Numbered from the stretch's first letter, positions 9,900 through 19,158 are shown. The stretch is DNA of 64,000 bases from Candidatus Marinacidobacterium sp. (GCA_965204755.1 OZ242011.1:3328001-3392000), one strand, 5' to 3'. The notes: generated from the letters alone by a model not told the origin. Numbers and translations are program-made.

Positions 9900-10970
9900 G
9901 TGCGCGACATCGCCCCGGTGCTGGACCCTTGGCTCCGGGAAGGGGGCCGGGGGGACGGGCCGCCGCCGGCGCTCGCCACCGTGGTGGCCACCTGGGGTTC
10001 CGGGCCGCGCCGGCCGGGGGCGCGGATGACGGTGGACGCGGACTCGCGGATCACCGGCTCCGTCAGCGGCGGCTGCGTCGAGGCCAATGTGGTCGAGGCG
10101 GCGCGGCAGGTGGTGGAGACCGGCCGGCCCCGGTTGCTGAAGTTCGCCGTGTCCGACGAGTTGGCCTGGGGGGCGGGGCTCGCCTGCGGCGGCTCGCTGA
10201 GCGTCTTCGTGGAGCCGGCGCACCGGGGCGCGCTCGCCGCCGCGCGCGAGGGGATGGAGGCCCGGGTTCCGGTGGCCTACGCCGTGGTCACCGAGGGGGA
10301 ACGCGCCGGGGAGTCCGTGGTGGCGCGGGGCGGCGGCGCTCCGTCCGTCCGCGGGTTCGCGCCCGGCTCCGACGAGCCGGGGCCGCCGGCGCCGGAGTTG
10401 GCCTCCTTCGTCGAAGCGGCGCTCGCCGCCGGGGCGCCCCGCTCCGGGGAATCCGCCGCCGGGCCGGTGTTCTGCGACCTGGTGCTGCCGCCGCCGGTGG
10501 TCGTGGTCGTCGGGGGCGTCCACATCGCCCAGGCGCTCGTCCGGCTGGCGGAGACCGTCGGCTACCGCCCGGTGCTCTGCGACCCGCGTCCGGTGTTCGC
10601 GTCGCCGGAGCGGTTCCCCGGCGTGGAACTCGTCGCCGAGTGGCCGGAGGCGGCGTTCGCCCGCGTGGGGCTGGACGCCGGCTGCGCGGTCGCGGCGCTG
10701 ACCCACGACCCGAAACTGGACGACCCGGCGCTCCGGGCGGCGCTCGAGAGCCCCGCGTTCTATGTGGGGGCGCTCGGCAGCCGGAAGACCCACGCCCGGC
10801 GGCTGGCCCGCCTCCGGGAGGCCGGGGTCGCCGAGGAGCGACTGGCGCGGCTCCGGGCGCCGATCGGGCTCCCCATCGGGGCGAGGTCGCCGCAGCAGAT
10901 CGCCCTCTCGGTCATGGCGGAGATCGTGGCCGCCCGGAACGGCGCCCTCGACCGGCCCCCGTCGGCGTGA
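9900..10970 (+). CDS. xdhC: XdhC/CoxF/CoxI-family molybdenum cofactor insertion chaperone
   Basis: TWGSGPR..GA, GSVSGGCVE, GLACGG, THDPKLDD, YVGALGSRKT, APIGL.IG. Confidence 0.9.
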   Translation: MRDIAPVLDPWLREGGRGDGPPPALATVVATWGSGPRRPGARMTVDADSRITGSVSGGCVEANVVEAARQVVETGRPRLLKFAVSDELAWGAGLACGGSLSVFVEPAHRGALAAAREGMEARVPVAYAVVTEGERAGESVVARGGGAPSVRGFAPGSDEPGPPAPELASFVEAALAAGAPRSGESAAGPVFCDLVLPPPVVVVVGGVHIAQALVRLAETVGYRPVLCDPRPVFASPERFPGVELVAEWPEAAFARVGLDAGCAVAALTHDPKLDDPALRAALESPAFYVGALGSRKTHARRLARLREAGVAEERLARLRAPIGLPIGARSPQQIALSVMAEIVAARNGALDRPPSA

Positions 10971-11066
10971 CCGACCGGCGGCCCGCGGAGAGAGTTCGCG
11001 GAGCGCCGGCCGGCGCGAAGCGCTGCCCGGGGAGGGGCGCCGGGAGGGCGTGGCCCCCTCCCCGCG

Positions 11067-11873
11067 ATGGACGGCGGGGGGAATCGCGCAGCGATTCGCG
11101 CCGCTGAGGTGGGCGTCGGCGAGCGCGGCGCCCGCGGCCCGGCGGGGGCGCCGGCGCTCGAAATGCGGGGGGTCTCGAAGGTCCACCGGCAGGCCGACGG
11201 CTCGCCGCTGACCGTGGTGAGCGGAGTGGCCCTGGCGCTCGAGGCCGGCGAGACCGCGGCCGTCCTCGGGCGGTCCGGGAGCGGGAAGAGCACGCTGCTC
11301 CACCTCGCCGCCGGGATCGAGACCCCGACCGCCGGCGTCGTCCGGCTGGCCGGGCGCGACCTGGCCGCGCTGGGCGACCGGGAGCGCAGCCGGTTCCGGG
11401 GGCGGTCGGCGGGGCTGGTCTTCCAGTCCTTCCACCTCATCCCCTACCTGACGGCGCGGGAGAACCTGCTGCTCCCGGCGCGGATCGCCGGGACTTCGCG
11501 CCTCGCGGACGGGGAGACCGTGGAGGACGCCGCCGACCGGCTCCTCGACGCCGTCCAACTGCGTAATCGCGCCGGGGAGCCCGCCCGCCACCTCTCCGGC
11601 GGGGAGATGCAGCGCGCCGCGATCGCCCGGGCGCTGCTCCTCCGCCCGCCGCTGGTGCTGGCCGACGAGCCCACCGGCAACCTGGACGGGGCGGTCGCCG
11701 CGCCGGTGGTGGACCTCCTGTTCTCGATGGCCGAGGGGCAGGGGGCGGCGCTGCTGGTCGCCACCCACGACCCGGGCCTCGCCGGGAGTTGCCGCGTCCG
11801 CTACCGCCTCGACGACGCCTCCCTCGCCCGGCTGCCGGACGGGGAGGATCCGGCGCCGGGCGCGGCGCGGTGA
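11067..11873 (+). CDS. ABC transporter ATP-binding protein (LolD/MacB-like)
   Basis: GRSGSGKST, VFQSFHL, LSGGEMQR, LADEPTGNLD, VATHD. Start uncertain (11067 or 11163). Confidence 0.9.
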   Translation: MDGGGNRAAIRAAEVGVGERGARGPAGAPALEMRGVSKVHRQADGSPLTVVSGVALALEAGETAAVLGRSGSGKSTLLHLAAGIETPTAGVVRLAGRDLAALGDRERSRFRGRSAGLVFQSFHLIPYLTARENLLLPARIAGTSRLADGETVEDAADRLLDAVQLRNRAGEPARHLSGGEMQRAAIARALLLRPPLVLADEPTGNLDGAVAAPVVDLLFSMAEGQGAALLVATHDPGLAGSCRVRYRLDDASLARLPDGEDPAPGAAR

Positions 11874-13177
11874 TCCGGCTCCTCCTCCGCGCCGCCCCGG
11901 CGCGGTTCCGGGCGGCGCCGGCGCTGTCGCTGCTGCCGGTGTTCGCCATCGCGCTGGGCGTGGCCGCGGTGCTGTCCATCCAACTGGTGAACCGGGCGGC
12001 GCTGGACACGCTCGACGCCGGCCTGGAAGCGGTCTCCGGGGCGAGCGACCTGCGGCTCGAAGGGGTGGTGCTGGAGCCGGGCGCGGTTCCCGACCGGGCG
12101 TGGCCGGAAACGCTCGCCGTTCCCGGCATCGGGAGCGCCTCGCCGGTCGCGCGCCTCCGGCGGGTCTCGCTCGCCGCCGGGGAGCGCCGGGCCACCGCGG
12201 AGGCCTACGGGGTGGACCTGCTCTCCACCGGGTTCGCCTTCGCCGAAGGCGGGTCGGGGGGCGGGGCGCCGACGGGCGCGGCGGCGCCGCTGTTCGACTC
12301 GGCGGCGTTCTTCGCCGGCGGGATCACCCTGCCGGCGTCCCTCGCGGCGCGCCTCGGCGTCTCGCTGGGACGGGAGGTCACCGTCTCCTCCGGGGACCGG
12401 GCCCGCGAAATGGTGGTCGCCGGGATCTACGGCGACCGGGGTTCGGGCGGCGGCGACCGGGGTTCGAGCGGCGGCGCCGCGGGGGGAGGCCGGGGCGGGC
12501 CGGTCTTCCTCGACCTGGCCTACGCGCAGGCGCTCCGGGGCCGGGCCGGGTTGGACCGGATCGAGATCCGCCTCGCCCCCGGCGCGGAGGCGGCGGCGGT
12601 GGCGGAGGCGCTCCGCGGGCGGTTCCCCGGCGTCCGGGTGGCCGAGCCCTCGACCCTGCGCCGGGAAGGCGCCGACCTCTTCGCCGCCTTCCGGCTGAAC
12701 CTGACCGCGCTCTCCGCGGTCAGCCTGCTGGTCGGCGCGTTCCTGGTGTACGCCAGCGTCCGCGCCGGACTGGCCGCCCGGCGCCGCGAGATCGGGCTCT
12801 ACCGGGCGCTCGGCGCCCCCGCCGGGAGCGTGGGCGCGGCGCTCGCCGGGGAAGTCGCGCTCGCCGCGCTGCTCGGCGGGGCGGTCGGGCTCCCGCTGGG
12901 GCTGGCCGCCGCCCGCGCCGGGCTCGACCGGGTGAGCGCCACGATGACCAACTTCTACCTCCTCGAGCGGATCGAGGAACTGGCGGTCACTCCCGGCGTC
13001 CTCACCGCTTCGCTCGCGGTCGGCCTCGCCGCCGCGCTGGCCGGCGCCTGGCCGGAGATCCGCTCGGAGATCCGCCGGCCCCCGGTCTCGCTGCTCGCCC
13101 CGGGGCGCGAGCCGCCCGGCGGCGGCCGCCGGCCCTACGCCGCCGCGGCGTTCGGCGTCTCGACTTCGACGGTTTAG
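11870..13177 (+). pseudogene. FtsX-like ABC permease, 5' part truncated by IS insertion
   Basis: GTGA overlap with the ATPase, IALGVA TM, periplasmic domain, AFRLNL..LS.VSLLVG, RRREIG..RALG. Runs into the IS left end and stops at 13177. Confidence 0.82.
12560..13158 (+). repeat. Left copy of ~599-601 bp direct repeat (IS target duplication)
   Basis: ATCGAGATCCGCCTC...TTCGGCGT recurs at offset +2511 (15071-15669). Confidence 0.93.
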
Positions 13178-15070
13178 CCCGGTCTGAGACCGGGAAGTCC
13201 TTGGTGCCCTTGGGGCGGCAGCTTGGATCCGGTTTGTAGTGTGCCGTGGTATTTGGTGATGAGTAACTTACTGCTATCATTCCCGCGTGTTCGTCCGCAA
13301 GTTCCGCCGGAAGAACCGGCCCGGCGTCGGCGTCCAGATCGTCCGGTCCTTCCGCGACGCCCGCGGCCGGCCCCGGCAGGAACTGATGGTCTCCATCGGC
13401 TCCGCCCCGGAAGGCCCGGCCCTCGACGCCCTGGTCGAAGTGGCCGAGAGGAAGGTGGCCGAACTCCGGCTGGCCCGTCGGCCCACCCTGTTCCCCACCG
13501 ACCTGCTGCTGCGCCAGGCGCTGGAGGCCCGCCAGGACCGGCGGACGCGCCGGGCGCGGTTGTCGGAGGTGAGCCAACTGCAGGAGGAGGCCCGCCTGAC
13601 CCTGGGGGTGCACGAGGTGTTCGGCGCGCTCTGGAGCGAGGCCGGACTGGACGGGGTGTGGGGTGCGGGGCACCCGGTGTCCGGTCGGGTGTTCCGGCAT
13701 GCGGTGATGCTGCGGCTGGCGGAGCCGGGCCGGAGCAAGCGGGGCCACGCGCAGGACCCGCAGCGGAACTACGGGCTGGAGATCCCGGTGGAGAAGTTCT
13801 ACCGGATGATGGACCGGCTGGACGGGGAGCGGATCGCGCGGCTCACCGCCCGGGTGGGGACGCAGGTTCGGCGGCTGCTGGGGGGCGAGGTGGAGGTGGT
13901 GTTCATGGATGTGACCACCCTTTCGTTCGCCTCGGAGCAGGAGGACGGGTTGCGGGCGAAGGGGTACAGCAAGGACCAGAAGCCGCACCGGGTGCAGGTG
14001 GTGCTGGCGCTGTTGCAGACGCGGGAGGGTTTGCCGCTGGGGTATCGGGTGTTCCCGGGGAACACGGCGGAGGTGAAGACGCTGCTTCCGTTGGTGGGGG
14101 AGTTGCGGGAGCGGTACCGGATCGGCCGGGTGGTGGTGGTGGCGGACGCGGCGATGCTGGGGACGAAGAACCTGGAGGCGTTGACGGCGGCCGGTTTCGA
14201 GTGGGTGGTGGCGGCGAAGCTCCGCCAGTTGCGGGGGAAGGACCTGGCGGCGCTGGCGGAGCCGGAGTCTTGGGCGGCTTCGGGGGAGGCGGGGCAGCGG
14301 CTGCGGGAGCACCGGGCGGAGGAGGGGGCGCTGCGGGGGCTTCGGCTGGTGGTGCGTTACTGCCCGAAGAAGGCGGAGCGGGACGCGGGGCTCCGGGCGA
14401 AGGCGGTGAAGCAGGCGAAGAAGCGGGAGGCGTCGGGGGTGAAGGGGAAGGGGCGGGCCGCGCGCTACCTGCGGGTGCGGCGGGACGCGGTGCGGTTCGA
14501 CCCGGATCTGGTGGAACGGGACGCGCGGTTCGACGGGCTCCACGGGGTGTTCACCAGCCTGGCGGACCCGCCGGCGGAGATCCGGGCGCACTACGGGGGG
14601 TTGTGGCGGATCGAGCAGGGGTTCCGGGTGCTGAAGGGCACGCTGGAAGTGCGCCCGGTGTTCCACTGGACGGAGCGGCGGGTGCGGGCGCACCTGGCGA
14701 TCTGCTACGCCGCCTTCGCGCTGCTCCGGTTGCTGCGCTGGCGTTACGCCCGGGCCTACCCGGAGGCGCCGCTGAGCGAGGAGCGGCTACTGCGGGAACT
14801 GCTCCGGGTGGAGGTCTCCCACGGCTGCGACCGGGGCACGAACGAGTGGTTCTTCCTGCCCTCGAAGGCCACCCCGGAGGCGGAGCGGATCTACCGGCTG
14901 GTGGGCCTGCGACTGCCCCGGCGGGCCACGCCGGTTCCACCCCCGAGGCGACTCCGCGAAGTCGCCTGACCTCCGACACCCCACCGCCGGACTCCCCCCG
15001 GTTGTAGTGTGCCTACGAAACCAAATCCCCAACTGTCAACCACTTACAAAGCCAAACCGTCGAAGTCAAG
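13159..15070 (+). mobile_element. IS1634-family insertion sequence (~1912 bp)
   Basis: Terminal IRs CTCGACTTCGACGGTTTAGC (13159-13178) and GCCAAACCGTCGAAGTCAAG (15051-15070) match at 18/20. Single transposase, long flanking direct repeat. Confidence 0.92.
13287..14969 (+). CDS. IS1634-family DDE transposase
   Basis: VFMDVTTLSF (D), GYSKD, VVADAAM (D), YGGLWRIEQGFRVLK (YREK-like E), RPVFHWTERRVRAHL. Extended -10 TGcTATCAT lies 6 nt before the GTG. Confidence 0.93.
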   Translation: MFVRKFRRKNRPGVGVQIVRSFRDARGRPRQELMVSIGSAPEGPALDALVEVAERKVAELRLARRPTLFPTDLLLRQALEARQDRRTRRARLSEVSQLQEEARLTLGVHEVFGALWSEAGLDGVWGAGHPVSGRVFRHAVMLRLAEPGRSKRGHAQDPQRNYGLEIPVEKFYRMMDRLDGERIARLTARVGTQVRRLLGGEVEVVFMDVTTLSFASEQEDGLRAKGYSKDQKPHRVQVVLALLQTREGLPLGYRVFPGNTAEVKTLLPLVGELRERYRIGRVVVVADAAMLGTKNLEALTAAGFEWVVAAKLRQLRGKDLAALAEPESWAASGEAGQRLREHRAEEGALRGLRLVVRYCPKKAERDAGLRAKAVKQAKKREASGVKGKGRAARYLRVRRDAVRFDPDLVERDARFDGLHGVFTSLADPPAEIRAHYGGLWRIEQGFRVLKGTLEVRPVFHWTERRVRAHLAICYAAFALLRLLRWRYARAYPEAPLSEERLLRELLRVEVSHGCDRGTNEWFFLPSKATPEAERIYRLVGLRLPRRATPVPPPRRLREVA

Positions 15071-15669
15071 ATCGAGATCCGCCTCGCCCCCGGCGCGGAG
15101 GCGGCGGCGGTGGCGGAGGCGCTCCGCGGGCGGTTCCCCGGCGTCCGGGTGGCCGAGCCCTCGACCCTGCGCCGGGAAGGCGCCGACCTCTTCGCCGCCT
15201 TCCGGCTGAACCTGACCGCGCTCTCCGCGGTCAGCCTGCTGGTCGGCGCGTTCCTGGTGTACGCCAGCGTCCGCGCCGGACTGGCCGCCCGGCGCCGCGA
15301 GATCGGGCTCTACCGGGCGCTCGGCGCCCCCGCCGGGAGCGTGGGCGCGGCGCTCGCCGGGGAAGTCGCGCTCGCCGCGCTGCTCGGCGGGGCGGTCGGG
15401 CTCCCGCTGGGGCTGGCCGCCGCCCGCGCCGGGCTCGACCGGGTGAGCGCCACGATGACCAACTTCTACCTCCTCGAGCGGATCGAGGAACTGGCGGTCA
15501 CTCCCGGCGTCCTCACCGCTTCGCTCGCGGTCGGCCTCGCCGCCGCGCTGGCCGGCGCCTGGCCGGAGATCCGCTCGGAGATCCGCCGGCCCCCGGTCTC
15601 GCTGCTCGCCCCGGGGCGCGAGCCGCCCGGCGGCGGCCGCCGGCCCTACGCCGCCGCGGCGTTCGGCGT
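15071..15669 (+). repeat. Right copy of ~599-601 bp direct repeat (IS target duplication)
   Basis: Appears identical by eye to 12560-13158. Confidence 0.93.
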
Positions 15670-17017
15670 CCTGCTCGTCGGCCTCTCGGCGCTGCCGCTG
15701 CTCTTTCCCGGCGAAGCGCGGTTCTCGCTCGGCGGGGGCTTCCCGGCGGCGGGGGCGCTGGTGGTCGGGGCGGCGCTCCTGCCCGCCGGGGCGCTCTCGC
15801 TGTTCGGGCCGCGCCTCCGCCGGTTCGGGCATCGCTCGGCCTTCGGCCGGGGCGCGGCGGCGGCGCTGCGGGAGCCCTCGGCGACCGCCCCGGCGGCGGC
15901 GGCGCTGGTGGTGGCGGTGACCATGCTGGTCGGGGTTACCGCGCTGGTCGCCAGTTTCCGGACGACCCTGGAGACCTGGCTCGAAGAGACGCTGGCGGCG
16001 GACATCTATGTGTCCCGGTTCGGGAACCTGGGCGGCGGCGTGGCCGAGCGGCTGCCGCTTCCGCCGGAGGCGCTCGCCGCCGTCGAGGGCGACCCGGCGG
16101 TGGAGCACCGGGACTTCCTGCGCGGCGTCCGGGTCCACCTCGCCGGCCGCCCGGTGGCGGTGAACGGGATCGAGATCCGGGTGCCGCGCTCCACCGAGCG
16201 GTTCTCGCTGGTGGGCGGCGGCGAAGCGCCGATGGAGGAGTTGGTCGAGGGGGCGGTCCTCGTCTCCGAAGTGCTGGCGCGGCGGCTGGGGCTCGCCGCC
16301 GGCGGGCGGCTGGAACTCCCGACCGCGGCGGGGCCGGTGTCCGCGCCGGTGGCCGGGGTGTACCGGGACTACGGGAACCAGACCGGGGCGCTGTTCCTCG
16401 ACGGGAGGCGGCTCGACCGGCTCTACCCGCCGCCGCGCTCCCCGGACGATCCGGCGGCGCCCCCGCCGGTGCACGGGGCGGCGCTCTACCTGCGTCCCGG
16501 CGAGGAGGCGGCGGCGGTGGCGGCGCGGCTCCGCGCTGTCGTGCCGGACGGGGTCGGCGTGGTGGACCGGGGGGCGCTCCGGGGGGCCGCGGCGCGCGTC
16601 TTCGACCAGACGATGGCGGTGACGCGGCTTCTCCGCGCCTTCGCGCTCGGGATCGCGGCGCTCGGGGTGTCCGTGCTGTTGTTGACGATGGCGCGGGAGC
16701 GGGCGGCGGAGATCGCGCTGCTCCGGGCGCTCGGGGCCGACTCGGCGCAGGCGGGGGCCGGGTTCCTCGGGCGGGGGGCGCTCATCGGGCTGGCCGCGCT
16801 GGCGCTCGGCGGGAGCGCGGGCGCCCTGCTCGCGGTGCTGCTGGTCGAAGTCGTGAACCCGGCCTGGTTCGGGTGGTCGCTCCAACTGTCCTGGCCGCTG
16901 GGGCCGCTCTTCTGGCAAGGGGTGTTGGTCCTCGCGGCGGGGCTCGCCGCCGCCGCGCTGCCGGCGCGGCTGGCCGCCCGGAGCGGCGGCGCGGCGGCGC
17001 TCCGGGAGGAAGTGTGA
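15110..17017 (+). CDS. FtsX-like ABC permease, 3' part (first TM block, second periplasmic domain, second TM block)
   Basis: Open frame from GTG15110 with AFRLNL, SFR.T...WL..TL.ADIYV, VFDQT.AVT, ER..EIA.LRALG, VN...FGW. Confidence 0.75.
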   Translation: MAEALRGRFPGVRVAEPSTLRREGADLFAAFRLNLTALSAVSLLVGAFLVYASVRAGLAARRREIGLYRALGAPAGSVGAALAGEVALAALLGGAVGLPLGLAAARAGLDRVSATMTNFYLLERIEELAVTPGVLTASLAVGLAAALAGAWPEIRSEIRRPPVSLLAPGREPPGGGRRPYAAAAFGVLLVGLSALPLLFPGEARFSLGGGFPAAGALVVGAALLPAGALSLFGPRLRRFGHRSAFGRGAAAALREPSATAPAAAALVVAVTMLVGVTALVASFRTTLETWLEETLAADIYVSRFGNLGGGVAERLPLPPEALAAVEGDPAVEHRDFLRGVRVHLAGRPVAVNGIEIRVPRSTERFSLVGGGEAPMEELVEGAVLVSEVLARRLGLAAGGRLELPTAAGPVSAPVAGVYRDYGNQTGALFLDGRRLDRLYPPPRSPDDPAAPPPVHGAALYLRPGEEAAAVAARLRAVVPDGVGVVDRGALRGAAARVFDQTMAVTRLLRAFALGIAALGVSVLLLTMARERAAEIALLRALGADSAQAGAGFLGRGALIGLAALALGGSAGALLAVLLVEVVNPAWFGWSLQLSWPLGPLFWQGVLVLAAGLAAAALPARLAARSGGAAALREEV

Positions 17018-19158
17018 GGTCGGGCGGGCTCCGGCGGGCGCTGCTCGCGGGGGCGGCCGCCTGGGCGGCGGGCGCGGCGTGGGGGGCGGTTTCGCAACCC
17101 GCGGGCGGTTCGGAGTGGGCGCCGGCGGTTCGCGGCTACGACTGGGAGTTCCCCCGGGACCACTGGCGGCACGACGGGTACTCGACCGAGTGGTGGTACT
17201 TCGTGGGGTTCGCGGACGGGGCGGACGGGCGGCGGTTCTTCTACCAATTCACCCTGTTCCGGGGCGGCCTCACGCCCTCCGCGCCTGACCCCGCGCCGTC
17301 CCCGTGGGGCGCCCGCTACGCGGCGATGGGGCATGCCGCGGTCGCCGACGCCGGGACCGGGGAGCGGGTGTTCGTCCAAGTCGCCCACCGGGAGGCGCCC
17401 GGTCTCGCGGAGTTCGGTGAGTTCGGCGGAGTCGGGGACGGGGACGGGGACGGGGAGATCGGCTCGCTGCCGGGGCCGACCGGGACCTCCGCCCGGTGGC
17501 GCCTGGAGTTCGCGGACGGGGCGTTCCGGTTCACCGCCGGGAGCGCCGCGCCGGGGTTCCTCCTCGATCTGGTGGCGGAGCCGACCAGGCCGCCGCTCTT
17601 CCACGGGGAGGGCGGCTACTCGGAGAAGTCCCCCGGCGGCGCGGCGAGCCTCTACTACAGCCATCCCCGGCTCCGGGTGCGCGGCCGGATCGGCCTCGGG
17701 GGCTCGGCCACCGAAGTCGAGGGGGACGGCTGGCTCGACCGGGAGTTCGGGACCGCCTGGCTCACGCCGGAGCAGGCGGGGTGGGACTGGTTCGGGCTGA
17801 CCCTCGACGACGGGCGCGACCTGATGCTCTACCTGCTGCGGACGGCGGACGGGCGGCTCTCCCACGCCGACGGGACCCTGCGGGACGCGGGCGGGGAGGT
17901 CCGTCGGATCGCCGCCGGCGGGATGTCCGTCGAAGCCCTCTCGTCCTTCACGCCGCCGGAACTCGGGCGGGAGGGCCGCCCCTACCCGGCGCGGTGGCGC
18001 GTCCGCATCCCGGCGGAGGGGCTCGACCTCCTGGTGGAACCCCTCCTCGCCGATCAGGAGAACCGCCGGGAGAACCGCCGGGGGCCGGCGATGCCCGGCC
18101 CGGACATCCCCTACTGGGAGGGCGCAGTGCGCGTCGGCAGGGCCGGGGAGGAGGCGGGTCGGGGCTTCGTGGAACTCACCGGCTACCGCCGCCCCTTCCG
18201 CGCACCCGGGCTCGCCCCGCCGTCGGCGGGCCGCCGAGACGACTCGCGGCCCGCCGGCCGGGTCTCACATCCCGGTCAGGCGCCCCGCGATCTTGTAGCA
18301 CCGGAAGATGATGTGCCAGGACACCGCGACCACCACCAGCCAGAACACCCAGTAGTAGTCGCCGGGGATCAGGTAGTTGCCCCCGAAGAACGGGGTGGCG
18401 TGCTCGTTCGCCATCGCCCACAGGAGCGGCAGCGACATGTAGGTGTTGTGCTTCGACCGCAGGCCGGCGAGGGCCGGGTCCGCCGGATCCGGGGCCTTGC
18501 CCGCCTTGACCGCCGCGATGATCCGCTGCTGCGCCGGCCAGATGCGGAACCAGACATTGAAGGCCATCATCGTCCCGAACATGGCGCCGGTGTGGATCAG
18601 CACCGCCCGGGGCTGGAACCCGCCCCAGTACACATAGAGCGCGACGGTGAGCGAGAGCATCGCGAAGGACACGACGGTCGCCGCCCGCACATTCGAGGCG
18701 AGCGCGCTCTTCCACAGGCCGTCGTAGGAGAACACCGCGGTGAAGGTCAGGACGACCATGAAGATCGCCCCGAGGCCCCACTCTTCGCCCAGGTCGAGCG
18801 TCAGGCCGCCGTGGTAGAAGACGAGGAGGACCAGCAGGAACCCGGTGATCCAGGTCCAGGCCGCGCCCCAGCGGAACCAGTAGAGCGCCCGGGGCATGAG
18901 TTCGGGCACCACCTTCTGCTTGGTGGGCCCGTCCAACTTCGCGGCCATCTGGCCGTTGACGAAGTTGAAGAAGTAGAGGTGGCCGATCCACAGGATCCCC
19001 ACGAAGATGTGGAGCCAGCGGATCACGAAGGTCAGGCCGTCCATGCTCTCGGTTCCTTCCCGGGCGCGCCGGGGCGCCCGATCTCCGATTCTACCGACGG
19101 GGGGCGGCGGGAGACGCCGCGCCGCCGCTCGACCGGAGGGAGCCGACGACGGCGATGA
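17014..19158 (+). CDS. AttH/CrtC-like lipocalin-fold secreted protein (homologous part ends ~18190; first in-frame stop only at 19158)
   Basis: FPRDH..H..Y.TEWWY, QFT.FR, ASLYYS.P, W.DREF, GWDWF, YP..W, DQE, YWEG, GFVELTGY. GTGA overlap with the permease. True 3' end uncertain. Confidence 0.78.
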   Translation: MRSGGLRRALLAGAAAWAAGAAWGAVSQPAGGSEWAPAVRGYDWEFPRDHWRHDGYSTEWWYFVGFADGADGRRFFYQFTLFRGGLTPSAPDPAPSPWGARYAAMGHAAVADAGTGERVFVQVAHREAPGLAEFGEFGGVGDGDGDGEIGSLPGPTGTSARWRLEFADGAFRFTAGSAAPGFLLDLVAEPTRPPLFHGEGGYSEKSPGGAASLYYSHPRLRVRGRIGLGGSATEVEGDGWLDREFGTAWLTPEQAGWDWFGLTLDDGRDLMLYLLRTADGRLSHADGTLRDAGGEVRRIAAGGMSVEALSSFTPPELGREGRPYPARWRVRIPAEGLDLLVEPLLADQENRRENRRGPAMPGPDIPYWEGAVRVGRAGEEAGRGFVELTGYRRPFRAPGLAPPSAGRRDDSRPAGRVSHPGQAPRDLVAPEDDVPGHRDHHQPEHPVVVAGDQVVAPEERGGVLVRHRPQERQRHVGVVLRPQAGEGRVRRIRGLARLDRRDDPLLRRPDAEPDIEGHHRPEHGAGVDQHRPGLEPAPVHIERDGEREHREGHDGRRPHIRGERALPQAVVGEHRGEGQDDHEDRPEAPLFAQVERQAAVVEDEEDQQEPGDPGPGRAPAEPVERPGHEFGHHLLLGGPVQLRGHLAVDEVEEVEVADPQDPHEDVEPADHEGQAVHALGSFPGAPGRPISDSTDGGRRETPRRRSTGGSRRRR
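18224..18256. terminator. GC-rich hairpin between convergent genes (possible bidirectional terminator)
   Basis: CGGCGGGCCG-c-CGAG / loop ACGA / CTCG-CGGCCCGCCG. No U-tract. Confidence 0.45.
18265..19044 (-). CDS. Urate hydroxylase PuuD-like membrane protein (Urate_ox_N), no cytochrome c domain
   Basis: RWLHI..GILWIG.LYFFN, WFRW.A..TW.TG, GA.FGT.MAFNVW..IWP.Q, RSKHNTYMS.P. Confidence 0.82.
   Translation of the reverse strand: MDGLTFVIRWLHIFVGILWIGHLYFFNFVNGQMAAKLDGPTKQKVVPELMPRALYWFRWGAAWTWITGFLLVLLVFYHGGLTLDLGEEWGLGAIFMVVLTFTAVFSYDGLWKSALASNVRAATVVSFAMLSLTVALYVYWGGFQPRAVLIHTGAMFGTMMAFNVWFRIWPAQQRIIAAVKAGKAPDPADPALAGLRSKHNTYMSLPLLWAMANEHATPFFGGNYLIPGDYYWVFWLVVVAVSWHIIFRCYKIAGRLTGM

Noticed and set aside
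8301-11768. 1155-aa antisense ORF (and similar ones at 4198-6648, 54229-57477, 39656-42241, 42565-45687)
   Set aside because: These are stop-poor antisense or alternative frames of recognisable genes in high-GC DNA, with no family motifs.
15007-17013. N-terminal part of the 1383-aa ORF as a giant fusion protein
   Set aside because: It is an Arg/Gly/Pro-rich shadow frame of the permease. Real coding in this frame starts at GTG17014.
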